A stretch of 63,649 nt of DNA, counting the filler, from Octopus bimaculoides (Eukaryota), in assembly GCF_001194135.2 (NCBI RefSeq). It is 8 parts of 6 records of this genome, joined end to end, with 100 filler letters (N's around TTAATTAATTAA, not from the genome) between each part and the next. Parts side by side here need not be neighbours in the genome. Positions count along the whole stretch, not along the records: positions 25,383 to 36,832 come from NC_068988.1; positions 36,933 to 41,397 come from NC_069005.1; 6 more parts are not named here. The stretch is one strand, 5' to 3'. The first letter of the stretch is position 1; each line of letters begins with the position of its first letter. Positions 26,033 to 39,689 of the stretch are shown here, piece after piece. A program made the translations under genes and the position numbers. Under the pieces are notes generated by a model that saw only the letters and a program-made list of their open reading frames with translations, made no database searches and had not been told where the DNA came from.

Positions 26033-26221
26033 NNNNNNNNNNNNNNNNNNNNNNNNNNNNNNNNNNNNNNNNNNNNNNNNNNNNNNNNNNNNNNNNNNNN
26101 NNNNNNNNNNNNNNNNNNNNNNNNNNNNNNNNCACATAAACCTGTACCTGCTCACACAAAACACACATGAGCGCACACACACACAGAAGCACACGCACAC
26201 ATACACAGACACACACATACA

Positions 26222-26252
<31 letters not shown>

Positions 26253-26769
26253 TGTTTCGGCGGCGTGTAGCATGGAGTGAATCAACGTCATAAACCGTCA
26301 GCCTTATATATGTTCATAATTAACTACACCACCGCCGCGGCCGCCACCATCATCATCATCCTCATCCTCATCATCATCATCATCATCATCACCACCACCA
26401 CCACCACCATCATCGTCGACGCCGTCTTCTCCGTCGTCATCGTCGCTAAGCGCCAACAACAAGAACTACCTCAGCAGCACCGTTAACAACAACAACAACA
26501 ACAACAACAACAGCGACAGCAACACGAACAACAGTGCAGCGGCAGAAGTAGCAACAACTACACGAGAATCAGCTGCAACAACATAAACTATAACTGCAAC
26601 GGCTGCACGAAAAAAAAACTGCCAAACATCGACAACAGCAATAAGAAGAACAACATGCAGTAACAAATAAGACTTAGAGCATTTACAACAATAGCAACAA
26701 ACACAACAACAGCAACAAAAATATTAACAACAATATCCGGACCCAAACGGGATCTTCAACGTGGAGTGA

Positions 26770-26950
26770 CGACCTGCTGAAAATAACAGCCAAATTTTCC
26801 TCAAACAACCGTCTGTCGTCGTAAAAAAAGAACAAAACACAAAGATGCGTTGGATAATGTAAATTGTGGTTTTATATCGGCGACAAAATAGTAGGATGGA
26901 TGGCCATGTTGGAACGTCAGGACTGTGTTTTTGTTACTCTTGGTCTTTTA
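26770..26950. mobile_element. Unclassified short repeat family D (also ~27465, 31790, 37260-37440, 51860-52020)
   Basis: Shared core acctgct(a)gaaa(t)a(g)cagccaaat(c)t(c)cctcaaa or its reverse complement gatttg(g)ctgctatt. Confidence 0.55.
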
Positions 26951-27044
26951 TTTATTTATTTATTATTATTATTTTTGTTTGTTTGGCAAGGAGGTATGTA
27001 CTGGGCTAGGGGCTGAACAACAATGACTAGGACAGTAACAAATG

Positions 27045-27113
27045 AATAATAATAATAATAATAATGATAATAATAATAATAATAATAATAATTATTATTA
27101 TTATTATTATTAT

Positions 27114-27146
<33 letters not shown>

Positions 27147-27380
27147 TATGACAATAATAATAATAATAATAATATGAACTTCTAACTTGTCTCTTGAGGT
27201 CTCTGGGTGAGACTTGGATCCAACTTGTACAAATGCAAAACAAAAGTCAAACATAAAAAAAAAAATAATAATAATAATAATAATAATGATAATTATGATA
27301 ATTATTATTATAATAATGATAATAATAACAACAACAGCAATGACAATAACAATAATAATAATGATAATAATAATAAAAGC
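27045..27380. repeat. (AAT)n array interrupted by a ~90-bp unique insert (27174-27264)
   Basis: Direct reading. Confidence 0.85.
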
Positions 27381-28097
27381 AAAAAAAAAACGAAAAAGAA
27401 ATAAAATGGCATGCACGGAACATACGATCCAAATGGAGGAATGTCAACGTGGTATGGTGTCAACCAGCTAAAAATAGCAGTCAAATCTCCCTGAAATCGA
27501 GGCCTTACGTTTTGAAAGAAATGAGACAAAAAAAAAAAATAATAAATGGGACATACTGGAGAATGTAGGTTTCGGCACACAAGCACACACACATACACAC
27601 ACGCACGGACGATATACACTGCCCCCCACACACAAACACATTTGTGGTGGTCAAGGATAGATTGTTGTNNNNNNNNNNNNNNNNNNNNNNNNNNNNNNNN
27701 NNNNNNNNNNNNNNNNNNNNNNNNNNNNNNNNNNNNNNNNNNNNNNNNNNNNNNNNNNNNNNNNNNNNNNNNNNNNNNNNNNNNNNNNNNNNNNNNNNNN
27801 NNNNNNNNNNNNNNNNNNNNNNNNNNNNNNNNNNNNNNNNNNNNNNNNNNNNNNNNNNNNNNNNNNNNNNNNNNNNNNNNNNNNNNNNNNNNNNNNNNNN
27901 NNNNNNNNNNNNNNNNNNNNNNNNNNNNNNNNNNNNNNNNNNNNNNNNNNNNNNNNNNNNNNNNNNNNNNNNNNNNNNNNNNNNNNNNNNNNNNNNNNNN
28001 NNNNNNNNNNNNNNNNNNNNNNNNNNNNNNNNNNNNNNNNNNNNNNNNNNNNNNNNNNNNNNNNNNNNNNNNNNNNNNNNNNNNNNNNNNNNNNNNN

Positions 28098-28129
<32 letters not shown>

Positions 28130-28157
28130 CAAAGCAAATTGAAACTTGACCCCTTAC

Positions 28158-28217
28158 CTCGCTTTCCATCTCTTGAATTTCATCAATAGAATCTGGGGTA
28201 TCATCTTTGAGCCCCAT
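28158..28217 (-). CDS. Candidate coding exon MGLKDDTPDSIDEIQEMESE (frame open upstream to 28544), phase-0 donor
   Basis: GAG|GTAAGG donor at 28157. The GC-rich non-repetitive 63-codon stretch (28346-28158) has normal amino-acid composition. Product not recognised. Confidence 0.4.
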
Positions 28218-29884
28218 CCTGTCGGCGGCAGGTTCGCACCCATCTGCCGGCAGGTAGGGTGCCAGATATGTACGTCCGCAATGTTTCGCCTCCAGGGTGG
28301 CACAGAGCGGCGCGTAGAGGGCACTCTGTTCCCAGATTTTGGAATACGTTGTTGTCGTTGTATATGTATTAGTAGTAATAGTAGTAGAAGTAGTAGTAGT
28401 AGTAATATTAGTTGTTGTTGTTGTTGTTGTTGTTGTTGTTGATGATGGTGGTGTTTTATGTGTTGTATGTTGTTTGGTGCTGCTTTTGTTGTTGTTGCAA
28501 TTCTCCTTGGTGTTGTAGTCGTTGTTATTTCTTGTGACGCGGCATTAATCTCCTGTTGCTTTGCTGTTGTTTAAATTTGTTTTTGTTTTCTTTCTTTTTG
28601 TTGTTGTTGTTGTTGTTGTTCTTGTTGCTGTTCTTGTTGCTGTTGTTGTCGTGAAATATAATGTAAGCAATCCAAAGTCCGGCTAGTAATGAATCCGATG
28701 GTTCGCCTGTTTGCTTGGTTTCCTTGCTAATTCGTCGGTCTCACAACTATTATTATTATCATCATCATCCTCATCGTCATCATCATCATCATCATCATCA
28801 TCTACATCTACATGAGCATGAGCATGATCATGATCTTCAATATAAACATCCGCTATTACTCCGGCTATTATTATTATTATTATTGGTATTATAAAAACTC
28901 CGTGGCGCGTGGGATAAATATATATATATATATACATATATATAAATATATATGATATTATCAAATTCCCCTTTCCTTTCAATAATAAACACACACAATA
29001 AAAAATGTAAATGCAACAAAGATTATATTTATATTTTTTTGCATTTTTCCAAACCACATTTGGTTCTCATATATATATATATANNNNNNNNNNNNNNNNN
29101 NNNNNNNNNNNNNNNNNNNNNNNNNNNNNNNNNNNNNNNNNNNNNNNNNNNNNNNNNNNNNNNNNNNNNNNNNNNNNNNNNNNNNNNNNNNNNNNNNNNN
29201 NNNNNNNNNNNNNNNNNNNNNNNNNNNNNNNNNNNNNNNNNNNNNNNNNNNNNNNNNNNNNNNNNNNNNNNNNNNNNNNNNNNNNNNNNNNNNNNNNNNN
29301 NNNNNNNNNNNNNNNNNNNNNNNNNNNNNNNNNNNNNNNNNNNNNNNNNNNNNNNNNNNNNNNNNNNNNNNNNNNNNNNNNNNNNNNNNNNNNNNNNNNN
29401 NNNNNNNNNNNNNNNNNNNNNNNNNNNNNNNNNNNNNNNNNNNNNNNNNNNNNNNNNNNNNNNNNNNNNNNNNNNNNNNNNNNNNNNNNNNNNNNNNNNN
29501 NNNNNNNNNNNNNNNNNNNNNNNNNNNNNNNNNNNNNNNNNNNNNNNNNCTCTTTCGTACCCCACACCTATTCTCTTCTATGTCTCCTGCCCTCACTCAC
29601 GCCTTCTTTTTTGACCTCTCGTTCTCTGTTGTGTTTCTTTTTTTCTCTTTCTGTTTCCTCCCTTCTATCGGTCGTTTTGACTCTCTTCTCATTCACTTAA
29701 TCCCCCTATACACACATATATATATATATATACATATACAACTTTGCTTCATTCACTCTTTTTCTATCTAAACATTCTCTCTCGGCTTCTCTTTTTTTTT
29801 TGTTTTTGTCTATCTCTCTTTCCGTTGCCCCTTTCACACACAACCTCACATATCATACCAGACCCGTTTTGCGCCCATACTTAC

Positions 29885-30150
29885 TCTCACAGGTTAAACT
29901 AATTCCACGTCGTCGTAAACCACTTTACTCCATTCTCCAATCACACACCGATCTCTACTTTTCTCTTCTGGTCCTTCTCTCCACCGCATGTAATAATAAC
30001 AGCCCTCCATCCATCCATTCAGACAGACAGCCAGCCAGCCAACCAGGCAGCAAAACAGCCTGCGCTAGGTAGGAAACACGTTTCAGACAAACACACACGT
30101 GTGTGCGAGTTGGTGTTTCCGTGGTGATGTTGGTGTTGCAGTGTGCGTAC
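29885..30150 (-). promoter_or_regulatory. Candidate promoter / non-coding first exon
   Basis: On the minus strand a (GA)n tract is followed by CpG-containing unique sequence ending AGA|GTAAGT, upstream of and co-oriented with the 28.2-kb exon. Confidence 0.2.
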
Positions 30151-30152
30151 GT

Positions 30153-30194
<42 letters not shown>

Positions 30195-30996
30195 TCTCTC
30201 TCTATCTCTCAATCTCTCTTTCTCTCTCACTCGCTTTCTTTCGCGCTCTCTGTTTATATATATATATGTATATATACGAAACTATATATCTATCTTTCTG
30301 TCTGTTTATTTATATGTACATACATACACTTCTGTATATATATATGTATATATATATAAATATATATAAAGTTTCACACATAAACACAATTACCTTCCCC
30401 GTCTGTTTTTTCCCCTCTAAACTTCGCTCGGTCTCTTAATATTCTCTCTATTCTCTTTCTATTTACTTCAACATCAGTCTCACCGTATCTTTCTCCTACC
30501 TCCTTTCTCTCTCTCTTTTTCTTTCTCTCTTTTTCTCTCTTTCTCTCTATCTCCGACACACACATACACACAGACACACATACACTTTTCTCTCTCTTTC
30601 TCTCTCACCTTTTCTTCTTTCTTCTTCTCCTTCTTCTTCTTGTTTCTCCCGCTTACTCTCTTTTTTTTTTCCGGCGAAATCAGCTGTGTTTCATCCCACG
30701 AAACAGTACATTTATTATACGGAGATTCGCCCTCGCCATAGCAAAACCTTGGCGAAAACATACACAACAAATAACAGCTAGTTTGGATTTTTTTAGCAAC
30801 CATGAAACCAGCAGATGCTGAAAGATGAAGCGAAAGATAGAAAGAGTGGGTAAACATTATGAGTGAGTGACAGAGAAGGATAGAGAGAATGCAGGAAGGA
30901 AGAATTTGAAAGCGTGTATATATATCTACGGAAGAAAGCAGAGACGGCTCCGACATGTGGTATATTATACAGAATGGAGAGAAAAGCAAGGTTTTG

Positions 30997-31044
<48 letters not shown>

Positions 31045-31054
31045 GCTAGCTAGC

Positions 31055-31087
<33 letters not shown>

Positions 31088-31144
31088 GTCTGTCTGTCTC
31101 TCTGTCTGTCTGTCTAAAGAATATATACAATATACATGTGTATA

Positions 31145-31196
<52 letters not shown>

Positions 31197-32814
31197 ATGA
31201 TGTATGTGCTTGTGTGTGTGTATAATATATGTGTATGTGTGTGTGTGAATGTGTGAGTGTGAATATGTATGCAAATATATTTTATATATCATACTATTTG
31301 ACATNNNNNNNNNNNNNNNNNNNNNNNNNNNNNNNNNNNNNNNNNNNNNNNNNNNNNNNNNNNNNNNNNNNNNNNNNNNNNNNNNNNNNNNNNNNNNNNN
31401 NNNNNNNNNNNNNNNNNNNNNNNNNNNNNNNNNNNNNNNNNNNNNNNNNNNNNNNNNNNNNNNNNNNNNNNNNNNNNNNNTGTGTGTACATTTATATGTA
31501 TGATTGCATTTTTGCGTGATTATATCTGCGTGGTTTGTATGTAAACACACAAGCACATAGAAGCACACAAACACACACAGACACACAAAACGACACATAT
31601 ATGTATGTTTTTGCGTGTATAATAAAATAAAAGATGACCCACTGAAAATTTTCTATCAAACTCGTTCCGGCCATGACCATCTCGGCTTAGCGTTTAAACT
31701 ATGGATCTGAAACTGCACTACGCAATGTAGCCTTTCAATTAAAACCATGACAAAATCAAACAAAACACAACAAACTACTGACTTGTATTTGGGGGAGGTT
31801 TGACTGCTATTTTATCGCGTACATAGCGACCTTCTTGTTTTAGTTCCTCGTCAAAAGCGACATTCGTCTGGGTAGGGAGAAAATGCTTATCGTTATAAAA
31901 AAAAAAAATTAAAAAAAACGCTAGTAGATATATAGATACACATATCTATCTATAATAAACATTCTCATCCAAGTACATACACACACACACGCATCGCGTA
32001 GACGGATATGCATATATATGTGTGTGTGTGTGCACCTCATTTTTTAAACTTTGGTAGGACTGAACCCGTAACAATGTGCTTAGGAGGCAAACTTCCTACC
32101 ACACGTCCGTACTTATAATATATATATATATATATATATANNNNNNNNNNNNNNNNNNNNNNNNNNNNNNNNNNNNNNNNNNNNNNNNNNNNNNNNNNNN
32201 NNNNNNNNNNNNNNNNNNNNNNNNNNNNNNNNNNNNNNNNNNNNNNNNNNNNNNNNNNNNNNNNNNNNNNNNNNNNNNNNNNNNNNNNNNNNNNNNNNNN
32301 NNNNNNNNNNNNNNNNNNNNNNNNNNNNNNNNNNNNNNNNNNNNNNNNNNNNNNNNNNNNNNNNNNNNNNNNNNNNNNNNNNNNNNNNNNNNNNNNNNNN
32401 NNNNNNNNNNNNNNNNNNNNNNNNNNNNNNNNNNNNNNNNNNNNNNNNNNNNNNNNNNNNNNNNNNNNNNNNNNNNNNNNNNNNNNNNNNNNNNNNNNNN
32501 NNNNNNNNNNNNNNNNNNNNNNNNNNNNNNNNNNNNNNNNNNNNNNNNNNNNNNNNNNNNNNNNNNNNNNNNNNNNNNNNNNNNNNNNNNNNNNNNNNNN
32601 NNNNNNNNNNNNNNNNNNNNNNNNNNNNNNNNNNNNNNNNNNNNNNNNNNNNNNNNNNNNNNNNNNNNNNNNNNNNNNNNNNNNNNNNNNNNNNNNNNNN
32701 NNNNNNNNNNNNNNNNNNNNNNNNNNNNNNNNNNNNNNNNNNNNNNNNNNNNNNNNNNNNNNNNNNNNGTTTGTGTGTGTGTGTGTGTGTGTATTTATCT
32801 GTCTGTCTGTCTGG

Positions 32815-32900
<86 letters not shown>

Positions 32901-33264
32901 CAGCCTCTTTGCCTATCAAAGACGGTGACCTGGGAAAACTCGTTCTCGCGCCGGACAAAATTCGTAGCAGCATTTCGTTCCTCTTTACGTTCGGAGTTCA
33001 AACTCCGTCCAGTTCGACTTTGACTTTCATCTTTAGGGGTCTGTTGAACATGCTGAGTACATGCTGAGTAATTGGGGTCGGGTGTAATCGACTTTAACCA
33101 ATCCCAATAGTAACTGTTAGCTTAGTGCCACAGTCTATCTAGCTAACAGTCTGTCAACAATGACCAACGCACGCACGTATACACTTCCTATGTGTGTGTG
33201 TGTGTGTGTGTGTGTGTCTGCTTGTTTGTCTGTCTGTGTATATATATGTATATATATTCGTTTA

Positions 33265-33652
33265 TCCTTTTGTTTCAGTCATTTGACTGCAGCCGCCGAC
33301 CCCAGGACTTTCATTAAAGCCTGGTACTATTTCTATCGGTTTCTTTTGCGGAACCGATAATTTACGGGGACGTAAACACACCAATAACAGTTGTCAAGCG
33401 GTGAGGTGGAGATAAATACAAACAAAAAGACACTCGCGCGCGCACACGCACTCACACACACACACATACACACACACTCTCTCACACACACACACAAACC
33501 TACAAACATACATACATACATGCATACACACATATACGACAGGTTACTTTCCGTTTCCGTCGGCCCGAGGCTATAGTAGAAAAGACATGACCAAGATGTG
33601 ACATGCGTGACATCTTGTGTTCTGGAAGCAAGCTCCTTAACACGACTGTGCC
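33265..33652 (-). mobile_element. SINE family A (CpG-retaining)
   Basis: gtttcagtcatttgactgcagcc...ttacggggacgtaaacacacca...ggcccgaggctatagtag. Confidence 0.75.
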
Positions 33653-34942
33653 TATATATATATANNNNNNNNNNNNNNNNNNNNNNNNNNNNNNNNNNNN
33701 NNNNNNNNNNNNNNNNNNNNNNNNNNNNNNNNNNNNNNNNNNNNNNNNNNNNNNNNNNNNNNNNNNNNNNNNNNNNNNNNNNNNNNNNNNNNNNNNNNNN
33801 NNNNNNNNNNNNNNNNNNNNNNNNNNNNNNNNNNNNNNNNNNNNNNNNNNNNNNNNNNNNNNNNNNNNNNNNNNNNNNNNNNNNNNNNNNNNNNNNNNNN
33901 NNNNNNNNNNNNNNNNNNNNNNNNNNNNNNNNNNNNNNNNNNNNNNNNNNNNNNNNNNNNNNNNNNNNNNNNNNNNNNNNNNNNNNNNNNNNNNNNNNNN
34001 NNNNNNNNNNNNNNNNNNNNNNNNNNNNNNNNNNNNNNNNNNNNNNNNNNNNNNNNNNNNNNNNNNNNNNNNNNNNNNNNNNNNNNNNNNNNNNNNNNNN
34101 NNNNNNNNNNNNNNNNNNNNNNNNNNNNNNNNNNNNNNNNNNNNNNNNNNNNNNNNNNNNNNNNNNNNNNNNNNNNNNNNNNNNNNNNNNNNNNNNNNNN
34201 NNNNNNNNNNNNNNNNNNNNNNNNNNNNNNNNNNNNNNNNNNNNNNNNNNNNNNNNNNNNNNNNNNNNNNNNNNNNNNNNNNNNNNNNNNNNNNNNNNNN
34301 NNNNNNNNNNNNNNNNNNNNNNNNNNNNNNNNNNNNNNNNNNNNNNNNNNNNNNNNNNNNNNNNNNNNNNNNNNNNNNNNNNNNNNNNNNNNNNNNNNNN
34401 NNNNNNNNNNNNNNNNNNNNNNNNNNNNNNNNNNNNNNNNNNNNNNNNNNNNNNNNNNNNNNNNNNNNNNNNNNNNNNNNNNNNNNNNNNNNNNNNNNNN
34501 NNNNNNNNNNNNNNNNNNNNNTATATATATATACATATACATATATATGTATGTATGTGTGTATAAATACATACATGCATACATATATAGAGAAAGATAT
34601 ACGAACAGAGAGATATGGTGTCGTTATACACGCACAAAATTCGATGCGCAAAAGTATTTGTTCACCCACGCGCGCGCGAAGGTGGGTGCTGATAATACAT
34701 TGGCTTTAAGGGTACCGTGAACGTCTGGTTAGATGCCTAACATTTCGTGTTCTTTTACAGGTCTTAGAAAAACATTAAGAGACCGCTGCAATGAGTGTGT
34801 GTTTCCAAGAGGGGACTATGTTGAATAGAATTATAATTAACTAATCCTGCTGTATTCTGTTTTAATCAAAACCAAGAACTTTTCAGCCCCCGCCCTCGTA
34901 TATCGTATATACAAACATATAATACACACACACACACACACA

Positions 34943-34987
<45 letters not shown>

Positions 34988-36762
34988 ACATATATAATAT
35001 AGAAGGAAGTTCAAAATGCAGTAGGAGTCTTTTAGATGATTTATTCTTAAAGGCTTGACTGGTCTCACAGAATTTTCCGGTTTTTAAAATTTCAGATTAA
35101 AAGACGTCGGGTTATGCTGCAACAGTATTCCTTCTGACTTCAGTTCGAAAAGCCCCACTCTCTCTCTCTCTCTCACACACTATATTTCTGCTATTTTCTA
35201 TTTATTTTAGTCACTCGAACGCGGCCATGCTGGGGTACAGCCATATAGGGTTTAGTCGAACAAATCGCCTCCAGTACTTAATTTTTAAAGCCTACTAACA
35301 CGTTAATTGCTCTCGTATATGTGTATATATGCACTTTATTGAATGAAATTTTTAATGGAGGGCCAGTTTCGCATGGAGAAACGAGGAGAAATTTTTTGGA
35401 GCATTTAAAAAATATTGTGTAATATATGCCATAAAATCAGAACGTAAAATCGAAACGTAAAAGACTTTCTCAGCTTCCCGAGCGTTAAACTATCTGCTTG
35501 TTGTTTATACACCTGTATTCGTCTTTTTTTGTGTAAATTTCTACNNNNNNNNNNNNNNNNNNNNNNNNNNNNNNNNNNNNNNNNNNNNNNNNNNNNNNNN
35601 NNNNNNNNNNNNNNNNNNNNNNNNNNNNNNNNNNNNNNNNNNNNNNNNNNNNNNNNNNNNNNNNNNNNNNNNNNNNNNNNNNNNNNNNNNNNNNNNNNNN
35701 NNNNNNNNNNNNNNNNNNNNNNNNNNNNNNNNNNNNNNNNNNNNNNNNNNNNNNNNNNNNNNNNNNNNNNNNNNNNNNNNNNNNNNNNNNNNNNNNNNNN
35801 NNNNNNNNNNNNNNNNNNNNNNNNNNNNNNNNNNNNNNNNNNNNNNNNNNNNNNNNNNNNNNNNNNNNNNNNNNNNNNNNNNNNNNNNNNNNNNNNNNNN
35901 NNNNNNNNNNNNNNNNNNNNNNNNNNNNNNNNNNNNNNNNNNNNNNNNNNNNNNNNNNNNNNNNNNNNNNNNNNNNNNNNNNNNNNNNNNNNNNNNNNNN
36001 NNNNNNNNNNNNNNNNNNNNNNNNNNNNNNNNNNNNNNNNNNNNNNNNNNNNNNNNNNNNNNNNNNNNNNNNNNNNNNNNNNNNNNNNNNNNNNNNNNNN
36101 NNNNNNNNNNNNNNNNNNNNNNNNNNNNNNNNNNNNNNNNNNNNNNNNNNNNNNNNNNNNNNNNNNNNNNNNNNNNNNNNNNNNNNNNNNNNNNNNNNNN
36201 NNNNNNNNNNNNNNNNNNNNNNNNNNNNNNNNNNNNNNNNNNNNNNNNNNNNNNNNNNNNNNNNNNNNNNNNNNNNNNNNNNNNNNNNNNNNNNNNNNNN
36301 NNNNNNNNNNNNNNNNNNNNNNNNNNNNNNNNNNNNNNNNNNNNNNNNNNNNNNNNNNNNNNNNNNNNNNNNNNNNNNNNNNNNNNNNNNNNNNNNNNNN
36401 NNNNNNNNNNNNNNNNNNNATATATATATATATATATACATATATATGTGTGTGTCAGTGCCAGTATTTATCCGTCCCCACACAGATTGGTGTGACTACG
36501 GCCCTGTTATATAGTGGTTCGGCAAAAGACACCGTTAGAATAAGGACCAGACGTTAAAACAATAATTAGTGGTATCGATACACTCGCCTAAACGTTCTCC
36601 AAGGCAATGACCCAGCACGGTTGCAGTCTAATGACCGAAACAGGTACATGATTAAAAGATATATGTACATGTATATATGTCTGTGTATATAGATACATAC
36701 ATACCATGGCCACAGCTCTCGAGCTGAAAGCTGAAATTAGTAAGAGAATAAATGTGTGTGTG

Positions 36763-36803
<41 letters not shown>

Positions 36804-37003
36804 GCACTGTAAGTTTGAACTATATATATATANNNNNNNNNNNNNNNNNNNNNNNNNNNNNNNNNNNNNNNNNNNNTTAATTAATTAANNNNNNNNNNNN
36901 NNNNNNNNNNNNNNNNNNNNNNNNNNNNNNNNCGGCGGCAGTGGCTGTGATGAAGAATGAGATGAAATTAGTTTGTTATACTTAATGCAGTAGCGTTGAT
37001 GAC

Positions 37004-37042
<39 letters not shown>

Positions 37043-37710
37043 AATGTCAGTGGTGGCGCTGGTGATTGTGTTTCTGGAATACAACAAGAGTGGTGATATA
37101 GTTTGTAGTTGTAATGGTGGTGGTGTCAGCGGCGGTGGCAGCAGCAGCAGTACTGGCAGTAGTAGAAGCAGTAGCAGCTGCAAGCTGCAGTGGTGGTGAT
37201 GTTTGTAATGCAGTTGTTTTGTTTAAGGGTGATTTGGTGGCTGTTCCTAACAGATTGGTAAACCACAAAGAGGACCCCTCATTGGCCTGTGTCGGGTAGA
37301 TTTAGCTGCTATTTCTCGCAAGCTAAAAGACTTCCATACAGGCTTACAGTTTGAAAAAGATTGGCTGCTATCTCTAGCAAGTGAAACAACCATGTGGTGG
37401 CCTCATACTAACTTGCTTGTCCAAGGGAGGTTTGGAGATTTTACTTCATAAGTTTAATCAATAAGTCCAAGTAATTATGATTACAATTATTTGGGTTTAT
37501 TAAACCTTGTCTGAGATAACTGTTATTAATAAGATTATAAAGCTGTTAATAACAATTAATCTCGAACTTTCAGACAGTCAGCAATTAAAAGGTTACTCAG
37601 CTCATTTGGTACAAATAGAAGCAAAAGCAGTTTTGAGCATATCCTACTCTCTTCGTTACTAAGACACACGCATCAAATTATATTGCGTGCATAAAATTAT
37701 AATAATAGTT

Positions 37711-37915
37711 TGTGTGTGTTTGTCCCCCTAGCATTGCTTGACAACCGATGCTGGTGTGCTTATGTCCCCGTCACTTAGCGGTTCAGCAAAAGAGACCGAT
37801 AGAATAAGTACTAGGCTTACAAAGAATAAGTCCCCGGGGTCGATTTGCTCGACTAAAAGCGGTGCTCCAGCATGGCCACAGTCAAATGACTGAAACAAGT
37901 AAAAGAGTAAAAGAG

Positions 37916-37917
<2 letters not shown>
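37711..37917 (+). mobile_element. SINE family A, 3' half with (gtaaaaga) tail
   Basis: gcttgacaaccgatgctggtgtg...gaataagtactaggcttacaaagaataag...gactgaaacaagtaaaagag. Confidence 0.85.
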
Positions 37918-37960
<43 letters not shown>

Positions 37961-38964
37961 CTGAAACGAGTAAAAGAGTAAAGATGCTACATAATGGCTT
38001 TAAACTCTGAAGTTTTAATGAACAACCTGTTTATAACAATCACCTGTATGACGGTAGAATAAATGGTAACTCCTCAAAATGGTAAATGGATGCAGGTTTT
38101 ATGTCGCCCCAGAACGGAGGGGAATCGTGACTCAGCAAGAAAAATAATAAAAAAAAATTGAGCTCCTGTGTAATACTGGGAAGGGAGATAACTCTCAGAG
38201 CATTAGAAATAAAAAGGAGTTGAGGGAGAGAGAAAGGGGTAATAGAGATTGAGTGGAACATGGAATTTGGGGAGCAGGCACGTGGAAGTTGGTGGAAGTT
38301 TGGTTCAAAGGGGGTTGGAAGGTAAGGGAAGAGGGGGATGTTGGAGATTACATAGTGATGTATAATATTTTGTTGTTAGATAGACATGTGTCTACATTAC
38401 ATATATATATATATATACGACCAAAGACATTCCCTTCAGTGCCTGCAGCATAATAAGATATCCCTGGTTCATTCCATTAATCACATAATATGTTTGTCCA
38501 TCCACAGAAATCATGCCCGGAATTGAAAGTATAATAGAGAAGTGAACTCTGCAAGCCCACACTGCAAGAAACACATCTAGGAGGACAGCAATTCTAAATA
38601 AGAGCTGAAACAATGTGGAGAAAGGTTTTTATTTTATTTTATCTTTCTTTCTTTCAGTCCATCTGCAAACAACCTCTCTAGTGTCAGAAGTACAATGAGG
38701 TGCACCTAGTGAACCCTGTAAGTCAAAACACAGCAATAAAATGTGTCTGTTTTGACTTTTGTTATGTGTAGCAGGTGGCAAGGACTTCGATAAAAATTTC
38801 AAGATGGTGCGAGATCTGCTCAACTATTGATTGTATGGAAAAATAAACATTAAAATAACGATAATGTTTTTCTAATATTATCTGCATTATTGTATGCATT
38901 TGTGTGGATGCGTATTTGTATAAGTGTATGTGTAAGTGTATTATGATGTGTGTGTGTGTGTATA

Positions 38965-39179
38965 TAGGGTGTCCCAAAAGTAGGTTTACAGTTATCATGC
39001 AGGCAATTTAAATTTCTGTTAAAAATATTTTATTACATTTAAATTTCTATCTTACAATTAACTGAATTAGCATAGAATAATGGTTTCATATATTTTTATA
39101 TAATTAAGATCTAAACTGTTAATATATGAATGCGAAAGAGACAGTTGAATAATTGTAAACCTACTTTTGGGCCACCCTG
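38965..39179. mobile_element. Tc1/mariner-type MITE (~215 bp)
   Basis: ~27-bp TIRs (tagggtgtcccaaaagtaggtttaca / tgtaaacctacttttgggccaccctg) with a TA dinucleotide on both flanks. Confidence 0.85.
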
Positions 39180-39184
39180 TATAT

Positions 39185-39305
<121 letters not shown>

Positions 39306-39689
39306 TGTTCTGTTCTGTTTTTAATCATTCAAAGTCTTCCTCTGAAGAAGAAACTGGTTTCTAACAAAGATACAAAGCTCCATGTTTGGAATGCAGATAA
39401 CGAATCTTAATTATAAGCTTTGGTTGGCCTGAGGTTATAGTAGGAGACACTTGCCCAAGGTGTCACACAGTGGGACTGAACCAAGTACCATGTGGCTGGT
39501 AATCAAGCTTCTTTATTTCATTAACTTTGCCACGTGGGCAGTACAAAGAAGCAAAGTGGGCTGGACAAACACATTAATGAGATGAGGAATGATATGTATG
39601 AATGTAAAAAATGGGAGGGGTATTCTTACCACACTGCCACTCTTGCGCCTTCTTACCACACAGCCACTCTTATGACTTATATATATATG

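Noticed and set aside
27405-27490. Peptide-like NGMHGTYDPNGGMSTWYGVNQ
   Set aside because: Overlaps repeat family D; no splice signals.
38420-38560. Minus-strand YTFNSGHDFCGWTN resembling the start of a MAM domain
   Set aside because: In-frame stop four codons later, only a weak donor, and no further MAM motifs.
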